A DNA stretch of 64,000 bases from Octopus vulgaris (GCA_951406725.2 OX597818.1:116870001-116934000); one strand, 5' to 3'. Shown: positions 1 to 14,488, numbered from the stretch's first letter. Translations and numbers: made by a program. Notes: a model not told the origin generated them from the letters alone.

Positions 1-247
1 ATTCCTATACTAGCATATCCACACCCGCTCCTTCCTCTTATATTAACTGTTCACATGGAACAGTTCTGCCACCTGGTTTCTATTGATTCACCCATTTTCT
101 TTCACTATTTGTCTTTTTCATACTTTTATACTTCTCTCTTTCTTGTGATAAAGGACTAACTTCCGAAACGTTACTTACTCCTGTCTTCCCAATAAAGTGT
201 TCAGCTGATACATTATTTGCTAAACGTTATTGCTTTGTTGCCTTTAA

Positions 248-630
248 GAGGTGATATCAAAAAGTTCTGCGACTAGTTCTGTAACGTACCAACAGATGAC
301 AGCACACGGTTGCATGCGCAGTGACCTTCATGAGGCAGTGTGCCGAGTAACATCACTGAGTTGTGAAATTTGTGTTTGTGTTTTTACATGTATTTTGTAG
401 TTTGCGATTTTTGTCATGAACAGGAATCTGGAACAAAGAGCCAATGTTAAACTTTTTCGCTAAACTTGGGAAGTCTGCTACAGAAACATTGAGCATATTT
501 CAGCAAGCATACGGTGACGAGCAATGAGTCCTAGACTATGTTTCAAGTGACACGAGCTCATCAAAAGCGGAAGAGCGTCCTTGGAAGACGACGGGTGATC
601 TGAAGACCTGCCACGAACATTATTCCTGGC
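248..630 (+). mobile_element. Mariner transposon 5' fragment with a degenerate N-terminal transposase
   Basis: Reading across frameshifts from 416 gives MNRNLEQRANVK..KLGKSATETLSIFQQAYGDE..MS..CFK*H..KSGRASLEDD, the mariner HTH region. Homologous to the minus-strand copy at 42080-42430. Confidence 0.8.
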
Positions 631-939
631 CTGGAAATGATAAGAAAATTCACCAGCATGCGGTTCTTCCACGCTGCAATTGTTTTTGTTTCATCACACG
701 TTCTCAGATCAGTTCACTTGCTATGCAAGTACATATCCGTAATTCCTAAGGTAAAATATAGGCATACAGAAATTAGAAATATAGCTAATACGCACTTATT
801 TATTCTCAGAAACCGCACTTTCTCATAGGTTAACATTATTTCATTACAAATCAATAAGAAGTAAGAAAACCAAAGAACAAATTCCCTCCCGATCCGTGGA
901 CTCATACGTCTCGCTTTCCGTATTGAGTGAGGTACAAAT

Positions 940-1120
940 TCTCTGACCTGTACGGAACGCTGGTCCGTAGAAGGATAACTCGTTTTTGCCTGCTGAGTAG
1001 ACTGCAGCAAGGTAAAGTGAGGTGCTTTGCTCAAGAAAACAATACATCGCCCGGTTCAGTAATCGAACCCACAATCTTAGAATCATGCGTTGAAGACCCT
1101 ACCCACGTAGCCATGCGCAT
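940..1120 (-). mobile_element. tRNA-derived SINE fragment (family C/D)
   Basis: The minus strand has a tRNA-like head (gcatggctacgtgggtagg...ggttcgattac). The body matches 10082-10385 and 43797-44110. Confidence 0.6.
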
Positions 1121-1448
1121 GAACTCATTTCTTTACAGTCTCAAACATAATCGTGATTCGTGTTTCCATTGGGCGAAATACCAGGCTGGCACCAAACCAA
1201 GTGCAATGCCTTGCCTGAGAGTGAAATACACGTAAGACCTATGAGTTAATGTATGAAAACGCACACAGACACACACACACAGATACACACACAGACACTA
1301 ACACACACGATGCACACACACAAACACATATTCATGCATGCTTAATTAGACATCGGTTTAAAAAATAACTGGGAAAAAGAAATTTCAAGATAAATTACTT
1401 AAAACGTATAGAGATATTTATATTGTTGCAACACTAGACCTAGTAATT

Positions 1449-1705
<257 letters not shown>

Positions 1706-2072
1706 CTAGCAGTATCACCCGGCGTTGCTTTAGAATTGAAATTTTTGAAAAGTAAAAATTTTGCATTATGTAGCTTGTTATTCTCTTTAAGTGAACAATT
1801 TTCTGGTTGAAATACACCGAAAAATGGCGACAGTCAAAAAATCGTAAAAAAAATAGGGATTTTCATAGAAAAAAAGCACCTTTTTGATGTAAATAACTTT
1901 TGGTGTTAACATGGTCCGATTTGAATTTTTTTCTTTTACGGAATGAAGAGCAAGCCTTCTATCATACTCTCAATTTTGGTTAACTTGCGCCGCAGGGTCT
2001 CGGAGGAGATAGTGTTAGTTGAAGGCTACCAAACCTGCCATACACAGACAACTTCAGCTTTATATATATAGA
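1706..2072 (-). mobile_element. Non-autonomous Helitron-like element
   Basis: The minus strand starts TC (a|TCtatatatataaagc) and ends gcaacgccgggtgatactgCTAG|t. This gives TC...CTAG termini between A and T with no target-site duplication (TSD). Confidence 0.6.
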
Positions 2073-3499
2073 TAATTGGTATGTGTTCACAAAGTCCAAA
2101 CGATTAATACGAAAAAACACTCCAGGCTACATCCCGAAAATTCATTTCTTTGCCGAATTTCTACAATGTTTACGGCGATTCGTTTTTATATCTTGATTTT
2201 TTTTTTATTTTTCATGCAATTTACATATGCTTGCACGCGTGCTGAACACAGTTCACGTCAAACAGCTGACTGAGTAAATTCACTATTCAACGCATGGGAT
2301 AAGGCCTAAACAAACACATTATCGATTTTTGCACTTGCGAGATAAATTTCGGAACAGAAATAGCGCAGTTCAATTTTCATTCGCCTAAACTTTAAGTGAC
2401 CATTTTAGGTGGTTCTACCATTTGTTGGCTAGGAGGATATGTGCCGGGAAGTTAAACATACAGACACACAAACAGATACACACACAGACACAAAAGTTGA
2501 GTTTTATATATAAAGATATATCTTCTATCTATCTACATACACGTATCTACGCGCGCGCGCGTGTGTGTTTGTATTTGTGAGACCGTTTGCAAAGGAATTT
2601 CACCTCAGCTGAGCGAAAATTATGAGATTATAACAAGCAGGTTGGTAGAATAATAGAAAGACTAGAAACAGTTATACTCATATAGAATAACGTAGTAGAT
2701 AATACGTGGTTTTGTTCTGAGTAATAAAAGTTGTTTTTTTTTTACTTTGTAAGTCCGCATAATAGCTAGATTGCTAACAATGCTAGGTAAACTACAGATT
2801 GTGCGTTAGTCATTGCGGATATTTGGAGTTAATAGAACATAATGGCTACGGATCTTTTATGATCAAAACAAAGCTAAAAGTATCACTTATAGCCTAAAAT
2901 TTTGTGAGCGTTTTGTTTAATGTGCCGTCTGATCCAATTATATCAGACGAATATCCTTATGAGTTTAAAAGATGCACTCAATACCGCTTGTTTAAACCTA
3001 AAATTGTGGATGGTAATATGTTGCGTGTTTCAAACTCTTCAACAGATAGTATTCATTTCTATGTTTTTCAATGTTTAACTTCGAAGGTGGATCTATTCAA
3101 TCTAAAACATATCCACTGTGTAGTGGCATTGCGTATATATAATAATTTAAGCCACAAAATGTCAAACCATAGCATAGATTCACGGGGAGACAAGACATAT
3201 ATACACTCAAAATATTTTATTGCAAGTATATAATGTCTCACTAAATCTGGTTTTAGCTCTGTCAAAACACGAGTGGACATATACATTACTCTATGTATAC
3301 ATTATTAAACTGAGTAAAACGACGGATTTACTACCAAGAAACTTCTTTAAACGATTCTACCTCTGACGTATTCAACAAATGGAATGTAAGATAATATCTG
3401 CACAAAATCTTACCTTCGAACTACAGGAGTGAGAAGCGTCGAAACAATTGTAGTGATTTTATATAATGAATATCGTTAATTCCATTTTCTGACTTTTAC

Positions 3500-3544
<45 letters not shown>

Positions 3545-3553
3545 GATTTATCG

Positions 3554-3607
<54 letters not shown>

Positions 3608-3859
3608 ACATCCATCCATACATAAATATATACATGCAGGTAATTATTGGGCCACTAGAATATGTAACACACTGCCTAAATACCAATCATGAGCAATTAG
3701 CCTTCTCAAAAGCAGAAAGGAGAAAGCTGATTCGAAGGCTACAGATACAAGCCATCACAGGAACTGTAAAAATCTGTAAAACTTTCTAAAAATGTATCAT
3801 TTAAATATACATATATATATATATGAGCATGTCTAGACATGCAACTAAATGCTTGAGAA

Positions 3860-4130
3860 TACATACAAGTCTATCATTTGTTTGACCACAAGGTGAGTTC
3901 CATTGCATAGTGTGGGTGCATTTAGATTGCGTAGGATGATGACGAGGCAGCCGACTTTTAAGTGAAGTTCGTGGGGATGAAGTCCTGGAGGATGCTGGAA
4001 GTTGAGAAATTCTGTTGGAAACTGTGTAACATAATCGAGGTCGGCAACGGTGCCAACTGATCTGTAGCAACGTTCTTGAGAAGGTAGTGTACTGAGTAAA
4101 TGGTAATTAAGAGTGAAGACAGCTGCATTC
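3860..4130 (-). mobile_element. Helitron Rep/Hel PIF1-type helicase fragment
   Basis: FPTEFLN..PPGLHPHELHLKVGCLVIILRNLNAPTLCNGTHLVVK matches the conserved Helitron PIF1 helicase block (EFLN...P.H.L.LKVG....LRNL...LCNGT.L.V). Confidence 0.88.
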
Positions 4131-7050
4131 ATTGATGCAAAAACAGCCCTCTGCTATCGTGTAAATATCGGCAGTTTGAAGTGGTCGGGCATTCGAAAAA
4201 CTATATAACTGTCACAACTTTCTATGAGTAAAAGTAGAGAATATATATTATATAGAATAATTTCTGGGGGTATTTAATAGATAATCAAAAGTGAATTTAA
4301 ATTGCATGGCTATCTCAAGGAAGTGCTAGTGTGCAAATACCGGCTGCTTGCAGTGAATGGGCATTGTAAAAAACTGTGGTAGAAGACGAAGTGCAAGTAG
4401 AGAGTAATGTCCCTTGAGGCAACGATTGTTGGTATTTCTTATTTATCTATGAAACGGTGTTTTCGTCCCCTATGGTCGGCATTATTCATTCTGAGGAAAC
4501 TTTGAAGATTATATGAACAATCTCTGGAACATATGTAATGTATGTTCCCACCGTGAACGAACTCGGATGAAAAATATTGATTTTAAGGGGGATCAAGAAA
4601 AACGCCTATACACACATACACACATACACACATACACACATGTATATATTGATATACATAGACACACACATATATATACATACATATATATGTATACACA
4701 CACACACACACACACATATATATATGTATATATATATATGTATATATATATGTATATATATTGATACTATCAAAGATACACACACACTCCTATATATAAG
4801 CATATATGCATTTATGTATGTAAATGCTATTATGCTGTATGTATGTTTGATATTTATATTTCTTTCCTTGTCTCCTGCGTTATTACATCGGTATATAAAC
4901 ACCCGTCGATTCGCCGTTTAAAAATGCTGTAAATTATACCATTAAGCATCAATAACACAAACAAAACGAAGAATCATTAAAGTGATTAAATGAAAGAGTT
5001 GTTAATTAGAAAATGAAGGTTTAAGGTCTTTTTTTCTTTTAAATTTCTACATCATGTTGGCGTTATTCCGCTTTGTATTTTTCGTGTGATTAATTTTTGC
5101 TTTTGCAGTTTTATTTTAATTGTATTTTTTTAATGTTAATTCATTCTTTGTTATCGAATTAGTTCATTTCAGCAAACACAATGTGGACAGGTTTAAGATA
5201 TTATAGATGTCATTGTGGGTGACTTATTGCTTTCAAAAGTCCCACTAGATATTAACTAATCAGATTTGTTACTCCACGCAGTGTGCCGAGTCAGCATGGA
5301 ATAATATTACAAGTATTCTCTGCTCTGAATCACCGCTGATGCCAAGATTGATTGTAGATGCATCTATAAAGAACTTGATAGGATCTTAATAATTAAACGA
5401 TAACTGCAACAGACATCAATCTAAAATAACACTAGTGAAATTATCGCGTATTGTTTCACTTCCATACATATGATTTTTCGCCATTTTGTTTTCATTAATC
5501 AGATCTCCTTTTTTATGTTTTTGCAATTCTGGAATTTGTTTTCGAACAGTCAGTAGGTGGGACACATCTGTTGTAGTTTCAGGCTGCAATTAGAAGATTC
5601 AGAAAATTAATGTTTGCCTTGCACACTGGTAGGTAAATAAATCTGCTTAAATGCAAATTTTTCTATGATTTATTTGGCTGGACTAAATATTGCATGTATA
5701 TGAAGTTTTATTATTTTACAATGTTTTGTATGAGAATCATGGCGCGAAAAAACGTGGTATGATGAAATTTCATCTTCTCAAAACAAATTAACAGACGATC
5801 AATATACTGCGTGTAGTCGTCATTGTAAAACATCGAGAATGCATTTTGTTTTCTTCTAGATACCCTTTTTATGCTTGTTCAACCAACATTCTTTCAAAAA
5901 TCTAATCTCAAAAAACAAAACACAACTGATGACAAATAAACCAGACGAAATAGAATTCTTTATTCAGTAACGACAGTAAAATATCTATAATTATAAGATA
6001 CAGAAATAATTTACTCCCAAACGCATGATAATGCTAATACAATAGCAAGAACAGAATAAACTATCCATGCATTGCAGAAAAGTTCGCTACCGACCAGCCA
6101 TATGACTCGAACTCACATCCCTGCAATTACGTGCCAATTGCTTTAACTTTAAGCTAAGCTGCCCAGTAACGAATTGCGCTGCAATTTCAAGATTTATACA
6201 TCTAGCTTTATAAGACGATTTTTTCTGCAATATATGGATAGTTTATCCTGTTCATGCTTTTGTATTAGCATTATCATGCGTTTGAGAATAAGTTTATTCT
6301 GTATCTTTCAAGACATCTCACTGCTTCTAAAGCAAGCTTTGTTTATTTTCATCGTAAGTTGAATTCATCTATAATTATATATTACTAGGAAAGAAATACC
6401 TGTTATTTTTGTTGGTTTTTGTTTTTTTAAGCAAAAAGTTCCTGATTGAAAGGTGCTGTTATCAAATTCATTTCAGCCACTCTCAACCTATTCCACATTT
6501 ATAGTGTCGGAAACTGTGACCGTGTTTTATTTTCCGTTTTAAATATGATTAAATATGTTCAAGGTTAATTGACTGGTATTGGTAACAGGTCAAAATATAG
6601 AAATTAAAGCTTTATTTGGGGTAATGTAACTCAACGTGTTTCACCAGAATTAAACTGATGCGCTTTCTTTAATCGCATGCTTAGGTTAGACCATATCCAT
6701 CCTCTCCTATATACGTAGAGTTGATATATTTTGTTTGCTTGCTTTGTCTGTTATAACAGTGCAAGAGAATTCGTCTTGTATTGTTATATGGACATCTGTT
6801 AATTCTGAGGTGGCCGTTAGCTAATCTTTATTATATTCGTAGGATTTCCATTTTTACAGCTACTTTTGTTGATGAATAACATTGATAGGCAAGAATGGGT
6901 GGTAAGCTGTTTGTTTCCCAACGAAATTATTCCAGATTCAGTCGCACTGCGTAGCACCTTAAGCAAGTGGTTTCTACCTTGGTTAGCCTGCCTCGGGCTG
7001 ACCAAAGCTTCTAAGAGGATTTGGTAGAATGAAACTGAAAGAGGCCCACC

Positions 7051-7155
<105 letters not shown>

Positions 7156-7394
7156 GAGAGTATAAATCCAAACTTACAGGGAAAAATTTAGTATCAAATC
7201 AAATTTCACCAAATAAATATATAAAATATAAATTAGAGATAAAACCACTATTATGAATAAACATAGACATAAACCAAAACATAAATAACAAATAATATAT
7301 ATATATTATTTATTATTTATGTATCGGTTTATGTCTATCACTGTTTGTGTTGCATAATAGTGGTTTTATCTCTAATTTATATTATATTATATTA

Positions 7395-7812
7395 TATGCT
7401 TAGCGGTGTTTCGTCTGTCTTTACGTACTGAGTTCAAATTCCGTCGAGGTCGATTTTACTTTTCATCCTTTCGGGGTCGATAAATTAAATACCAGTTAGG
7501 CACTGATGTCAATGCAATCGACTTAATCCCTTTGTCTGTCCTTGTTTGTCCCTTCTAAGTGTAGCCCCTTGTGGGCAATAAAGAAATAAGAAACGTTAGC
7601 ACGCTGGGCTAACTTAATTTATCGACCTCGAAATTATGAAAAGCAAATTCAACCTCAGCGGAATTTCAACTCAGAACGAAAAACAGACGAAACACCTGCT
7701 TAGAGGTGCTTCGAGGTCGATAAATTAAGTACCAGTTGCATACTGGGGTCGACCTAATCAACTGGTCCCCTTCCCAAATGTTTCGGGCCTTGTGCCTAGA
7801 GTAGAAAAGAAT
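7395..7812 (+). mobile_element. Composite of SINE family A copies with an inverted segment at about 7610-7700
   Basis: Contains the family A core gagttcaaattccg.cgaggtcga..tt.ctttcatcctttcggggtcgataaa. Confidence 0.85.
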
Positions 7813-8874
7813 ATATTTCTCTTTTACAGTGTTTAACGTATACGAACTGGACGCATACGGATATTTTATTACACGTCAAAACAATAAAATGCATTTACGT
7901 GATGGCAAAATAATATCCGAGAATATTTATCATCCAAAAATTATAAGAATTAATAATGGTTAGTTCTTCGTTAGAATTCAAAATAACTTCGATCCCCAAA
8001 TGATTAAATAAAAAATATGCCTCATGATGAACTGAATTTTGTAAAAAAAAGTATAGAAAAGAAACACATAATTATATACAGTAGCATGAGGAGAAAAGAA
8101 ATTGAATGATGAATGAACATGATTTCTATGAACTGCGAAAGTAAGAATAATGACAGAAATGCACATGGCAAACAACTAACTTAAGTGATTTGGGGTGAAG
8201 GTATGCACAATTTTATCGCAGAGATCTTTCAATCTTTGAAATAATTCATAATGCGTATGCTTCTTTCTTACACAAATAACAACTTAACAATGATTTTTGT
8301 ATCCGTGTCATAGGAAGGTTACCTCGCTGAAACTAAATTACGTCGAGGCTGAACAGGGAAACTGTTCATGGGCATAATATATATGATGCATTAACTCAGT
8401 AACGTCTATTTCGAAAGTAATCGAATGAGCACCACGTATATCATGCTGTATTTATGAGATATATCTTCGATAAAAACATGTTAGCGAATATATGTCAGCT
8501 AAATGTAGAATATATAAAAAAGAATGGTATCTTTCATAATGCTATACTTTCTGTGAAGCACATAACATATAATTCTCATTGTTAGACCTTGTTATAGATG
8601 GAAGAGTAGTAATGATGGAAGACTGGAGGCTTTCCAGGAGTGGAGTGAACAAAAGGAAGAGAGAAATATGGTTAGGAGATAACAGAATTACGAAGTATTT
8701 TATCGAGTTATTCCCAGTCTGGAGATAATTTCGTAGAACTTATGAACGGGAAAATTGAGTGGATTTGTATAAGATCGGGCTAAACATCTTGTAGTATATA
8801 TTCTGGTTGCTTACGACCTAAATTGAAATTCTCTTCAGAGTAACTTTGGATTATATTATGCTGGGTCGATAGAT

Positions 8875-9385
8875 TATCTTTTCTTCTCTTGGCACAAGGA
8901 CCAAAAGTTTTGGAAAGAGGGAGTCAGTCGATTAGATCGACCCTAGTACGCAACTGGTACTTAATTTATCGACTCTGAAAGGATGAAAGGCAAATAATCT
9001 TTTCTACTGTAGACACAAGGCCCATAATGTTTGGAAAGATGGAGTCAGCCGATTCGATCGACCCCAGTACGCACCTGGTATTTAATTTATCGACTCTGAA
9101 AGGATGAAACTCGGCGGAATTTGAACTCAGAACGTAAAGACAGACAAAATACCTATTTCTTTACTACCCACAAGGGGCTAAACACAGAAGAGACAAGCAA
9201 GGACAGACAAACGGATTAAGTCGATTATATCGACCCCAGTGCGTAACTGGTACTTATTTAATCGACCCTGAAAGGATGAAAAGCAAAGTCGACCTCGGCG
9301 GAATTTGAACGCAGAACGTAACGGCAGACGAAATGCCGCTAAGCATTTCGCCCGGCATGTTAACGATTCTGCCAGCTCGCCGCCT
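8875..9385 (-). mobile_element. tRNA-derived SINE family A, tandem multimer
   Basis: Head ggcggcgagctggcagaatcgtt and B-box-like gttcaaattcc on the minus strand. The core is repeated three times. Confidence 0.9.
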
Positions 9386-10081
9386 TTCAATGTGTTTATG
9401 ATTGTAACAACACTATGCAGTTATAAATCCTGTAACCTTTTCATAATAATTCAAACGTGGTGGGCATCTACACAAACACAATAATATCATTTAACGTGTA
9501 ACAGTATGCAATATAATCTCTTTTGTCAAATTATTTACTTTTCAGCTGAATTCAATAAAGTGAAGCATTAGTTTTGTGCAGAAGTCGATGTACGCGAGCA
9601 TAGTCTTCCCCCACAAATCTGTGATATTGTTTAATGGTATAAATCAATAAGTTTCTCAACTTGGAAATATTGGAAAATAAAATAAGTGAATATTCATAAA
9701 AGCAAATTCATATAACATATGACACATGCCTCAATTATATTATCGTATATTAAGAATAAATAACAATCTTTAGTTCAAGATTGTTCATGTCGAGTTTTTG
9801 AAATTTAATATGCATAACATTAGATGTAATCATGTTGAAATAAACATGTTTGCGACTTGTGAAAGAAAGGAAGTACAATTGTCTCTTTAAGTACGCCAAC
9901 CTTCAATAATATTCAACGATCCTGAAGGGGTTCATATCATAATTTCACTTGCCGTTGATAGCTGTTCGCGTATACTTTATTATATAATTTAATAACATAT
10001 TTTAATAAATATTGATTGCAAGTAAAATATGTTTCTTTTATTAATCTCGCCACGTATTTTTTGAAGCAGTTCACAGATCTT

Positions 10082-10385
10082 AGCACTCCGTCGGTTACAA
10101 CGTTGAGCGTTCCAGTTAATTAGATCAACGGAATTCTGCCCTTGATATTGATGTGCAAGTGGCCGAGCCCTCTATAGACACGAGTGCTCTTAACGTAATT
10201 CTCAGGGAGAAACTCTATGAGACAGAATCTGATAAAGCAGGCTTTTTAAAATATAGCTACAACTCACTTTGCTTACTGAGTGGACTGCAGCAACGTGAAA
10301 TAAAATGTGTTGATCAAACATCCAACGAGTCAGCGGGAATCGAACTCATGATCGTGAACACAGTAACCTAACCACTAAGCTACAC
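10082..10385 (-). mobile_element. tRNA-derived SINE (family C/D)
   Basis: Minus-strand head tagcttagtggttagg...gagttcgattccc. The tail is shared with 13930-14095 and 43797-43960. Confidence 0.7.
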
Positions 10386-10879
10386 ATGTGTGTGTGTGTG
10401 TGTATGTGTATAGGTATAAGTTAGAGGTGTTAGGCCCTATAAGGGATAGAAGTATCCAGAGGCGCTCCTGGTAATTACCTCACTAAGTGTGGTCGTTGGT
10501 ATAAGGTATAAGGCAGCAGGTAATTTAAAAAGGTAAACCATAGCTTAATATATATATAGACGATGTGGAGGAAAAATAACAAATAGAAGTTTGTTTGTTG
10601 TGCTAAAAAGCCATTACTTAATTAATTAATCAAGGTGAATGTAAGGGATGGTTTACAGCTGTCTCTGTGTACCAAAGTTGAAGTAAATAACCAGCTGTAA
10701 ACCCACTATTACACTCACCTTGCTTAATTAATTCAAAATTTAACCCAGTTTTAAATTTTAACTACTATGACGGAGGTGTAATTCTTGTCTATGACAAGAC
10801 CCCGAGATCCTAGGATCCCCTGACGTACTTTCTCCTACAGTAAATCAGTAAATTTCTTATTTGATTACCTGACACGAAA

Positions 10880-11685
10880 TTTATCAGGAGACAAACGCAT
10901 TTGCTGACACTGACAACTACTGCGCTTGAAACTTGAAATATCTAAGGGTATCCCATATTTGTTCTTGTTCAAACTCACATCGCTTCTTCTGCGGGTTCTT
11001 CTGAAAAATGTTGCATTTGTCAACAGGTCGGCAGGGGTAACATCGATGGCAATCTCGCACGAGTCAAGCTGACAATCTACCAACAATCTGTCAACACCAC
11101 TACTCCGAATGCTGTTGATACCACCTTGGCGCGAAACCGTAACGACACAACGTAAGAGGCCATAGCCACAGCAGAGTGCAGGCACAATGACCCAATGGTT
11201 AGAGCAGCGGACTCGCGGTCATAAGAACGTGGTTTCGATTCCCAGACCGGGCATTGTGAGTGTTTATTGAACAAAAAACACCTAAGCTCCACGAGGCTCC
11301 GGCAGGAAGGGGTGGTGAACCCCGCTGTTCTCTTCCACCACAACTTTCTCGCATTCTTTCTTCCTACTTCTGCCAAAAAGCAGAGGAACCATAATGCAAC
11401 CCACTATGGTGTGGTAAACTTTCAGACCCTAGTCTAGATTGCGAATCCTCTCTACCCCAGGATGGTTCAGCTCTCTACCTGTTAAAAGCCACTGTTTACG
11501 AAATGAGGATAACAACGTAGATTTCGCGTCCGTGCAACCACCAGTCTATCGCATGTGGTGGGTGGATCTTCAAGTTGCCGCACGCATTCTTAGTAGCTTA
11601 GAGTAGGCTCGAATTAGAGATTATTCTTTGTGGCTAATGGCGTTAGTCCTGAGAAGAAGAAGAAGAAGAAGAAGAAGAAGAAGAC
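10880..11685 (+). mobile_element. Old RTE-type LINE 3' fragment interrupted by a SINE
   Basis: Residual motif LLRMLLIPPWRETVT resembles RTE LRRIL.I.W.D.VTN. A (GAA)n tail lies at about 11653-11683, and a SINE is inserted at 11181-11365. Confidence 0.4.
11181..11365 (+). mobile_element. tRNA-derived SINE family C, 3'-truncated
   Basis: Head ggcacaatgacccaatggttagagcagcggactcgcggtc...ggtttcgattccc, nearly the same as 13726-13900. Confidence 0.85.
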
Positions 11686-12886
11686 AGCAGATTCGTACCA
11701 GCCGTAGAGCAACGCATGACCGAAAACGAAAATTAATTTATAATATTCTCTAATTGATAGATTATTTAATAGTGGTGACAGATAAATATCGTAAATAGTA
11801 AATGATTGTTTCAAGAGATTCGAACTGTTACTTCACTCTATCCACTTCGAGGGAAGATAACCAATATGGATCTCCAAGAGATACAAGTGTGGCAAAAACG
11901 AAACGATGAACAGGTATTTTGCACTTAGGCATTCGGCTGACAATATAGGACTGATGGATAATTGCTGGCGAGAAAATACACGCAGCTAAAACGAAACAAA
12001 AAGGCTTAAACTTTTGTTAAATACTTTTATTAAAAGTCTTTAAATGCATAATGGAATTTCGTTTGTCACTGCATAATACATTATGGTAACAATTTCTCTC
12101 ATATCTTTTCCTTTACACACACACATGCTCGCGCACTCGAATGTGTGTGTGTGTGTGTGTAAACATATATTTCATATGTAAATATATATGTGTGTGTGTG
12201 TATATGTATACACACAAAGCTTTTCCCTTCTGTAATACAGCGACAACGTGTAAACTGATAGTTACATTCCCTGCATTTGCAAAACAAACAAATATTTGTG
12301 ATCAGGAGTTAATGAGTGTAATCGAAACGTCTAATAAACAATAACTTTAATTATCCACAGGAATATTGAAGTATTAAATTAGGGACATAAATAGTGTTAA
12401 TTAAGTTCTTGGAGAAGTAATTAAACCTCAAATATTTAACAAGTGTTGCTGAGAATTATAATTGTCTCTAACATGAAAACGTGCGCTTATGGGTTCGGAA
12501 ATGAATATTATGACAACGATCTATTTCTCATCTCCATTAGTTTCATAAATGAATTTGTTCCGCTGGACCCCATCTTGATATTGCACTCAACTATCTTATT
12601 AATTATTATTCGTCAGGTCGTGGGTTATTGACTAAATCATGGCAATAGTACTGAACAAAATATTTTGGTATAGATTTTAAGTTTTGAGTTCAGATCCAGT
12701 TGGGATTAATCCAACTGTCCATTGTTCTAGGACAAATAACAGCATTATAATTCGATTAATTGCGTTGATATAATCAGCTGTAGTTTAAGGCTTTCAGTCG
12801 CAACCTCGTCTAAACTCGGCGATTCTTGATAATTTTAAACTGAGCAGAACCCTTAGCTTTGCAGGTCTGGTGTACTCGACTTGATG

Positions 12887-13230
12887 GAGAGAGAGAGAGA
12901 GAGAGAGAGGGAGGGAGATAGAGAGAGTGAGTGGAAGAGAGAAAAAGAGAAGGAGAGAGAGTGAGTGAATGAGAGAGAATAGAAGAGAGAGAGAGTGAGT
13001 GAATGAGAGGGAATAGAAGAGAGAGAGAGAGAGAGAGAGAGAGTGAGTGAATGAGAGAGAATAGAAGAGAGAGAGAGAGAGAGTGAGTGAATGAGAGAGA
13101 ATAGAAGAGAGAGAGAGAGAGTGAGTGAATGAGAGAGAATAGAAGAGAGAGAGGGAGATTAAGTGAGAAAGAGAGAGAGAGAGAGAGGGAGAGAGGAGAG
13201 AGGGAGAGAGAGGAGAGAGGGAGAGAGAGG
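12887..13230. repeat. GA-rich minisatellite, unit (GA)n-gtgagtgaatgagagagaatagaa
   Basis: The unit is repeated about five times within (GA)n. Confidence 0.9.
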
Positions 13231-13264
13231 CGGTGAGCGGAGATAGGAGAAAGTGATTTCTTAT

Positions 13265-13462
13265 AACGTTAACACGCCGGGCAAAATACTTAGTGGTATT
13301 TCATGTCCTTAAGTTCTGAGTTCAAATTCCGCTGAGGTCGACTTTACCTTTCATCCTTTCGGGGTCGATAAATTAAGTACCAGTTGCGTATTAGGGTCGA
13401 TCTAATCGACTAGCTTCCTTCCTACAAAATTTCGGACCTTGTGCCTAGACTAGAAAAGAATA
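13265..13462 (+). mobile_element. SINE family A
   Basis: Family A core plus the tail variant ccttgtgcctag..tagaaaagaat. Confidence 0.85.
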
Positions 13463-13725
13463 TTTTCATATTATCGCTCATAGCAACACCTGTGCTTAAC
13501 TAGTATTGTGTTTGTAGATCGCAGGAAAAAATATGAAAATCTGCGCTTAGATTGAAACAAAAAACGATGAGTGGCAATCCACTGTTACAAGATATACAGA
13601 TACAGTGGGCAATAGGCGTCCGTCATATATGGAGACCTATCAACTGCATAGGTTATGTCTTGATTAGGAAATGCTTATTTATTGCAGTGCAATATACTTC
13701 TGCAATATACTCAATGGTGTATGAA

Positions 13726-14095
13726 GGTACAATGACCCACTGGTTAGGGCAGCGGACTCGCGGTCATAGGATCGCGGTTTCTATTCCCAGACCGGGCGTT
13801 GTGAGTGTTTATTGAGCGAAAACACCTAAAGCTCCACGAGGCTGTGGCAAGGGGTGGTGGCGAACCCTGATGTACTCTTTCACTACAACTTTCTCACACT
13901 CTTTTTTCCTGTCTCTGTGTGTACCTGCATTTCAAAGGGTCAGCCTTGTCACACTCTCTGTCACGCTGACTTTTCCCTAGAACTACCTTAAGGGTACACG
14001 TATCTGTGGAGTGCTCAGTCACTTGCCCGTTAATTTCACGTGCAGGTTGTTCTGTTAATTGATTTGATCAACTGGAACACTCGTCATCGTAACTC
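13726..14095 (+). mobile_element. tRNA-derived SINE family C, near full length
   Basis: tRNA-like head with A-box- and B-box-like motifs. The body is shared with 11181 and the tail with 10082 and 43797. Confidence 0.85.
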
Positions 14096-14457
14096 AATGG
14101 TGTGAAACCATGACAACTGAACTTCCGTAAGAATGCTGAGAATTGAAAGAATGAGAAAGGATATCAAGAAGTCACAATAAAATCGTACTTGTCATTTGTC
14201 CAATGTCATCATATCAAACAAAAAACTTGCCTTGTACCACATGTTGTTGTCCTGGTACAAGGTCAGCATTAGGTATATGCTTAGGCCATTGATCTGCTGG
14301 CACTAACCCCGAAATTGGAGAGATGTATATTATTTATTCCTTCCATTCCACCTGCAAGTGAGACGCGAACAAGCCCTTAACATTTAACACATACTGTCAC
14401 ACATATATCTATGGGCGTATATATGTGTAAAATACTGGATGGCCTTCGATATCCACT

Positions 14458-14488
<31 letters not shown>

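Noticed and set aside
3415-3456. gtcGAAA-caattg-TA-gtg, resembling HHR stem III and a cleavage site
   Set aside because: The upstream core and stem II are not recognisable.
10865-11185. 106-aa minus-strand ORF considered as a host exon
   Set aside because: It has no known domain, and the opposite strand carries RTE-like residues and a (GAA)n tail.
11181-11255. tRNA-like sequences here and at other SINE heads
   Set aside because: The cloverleafs are imperfect and run straight into repeated SINE bodies, so they are not called as tRNA genes.
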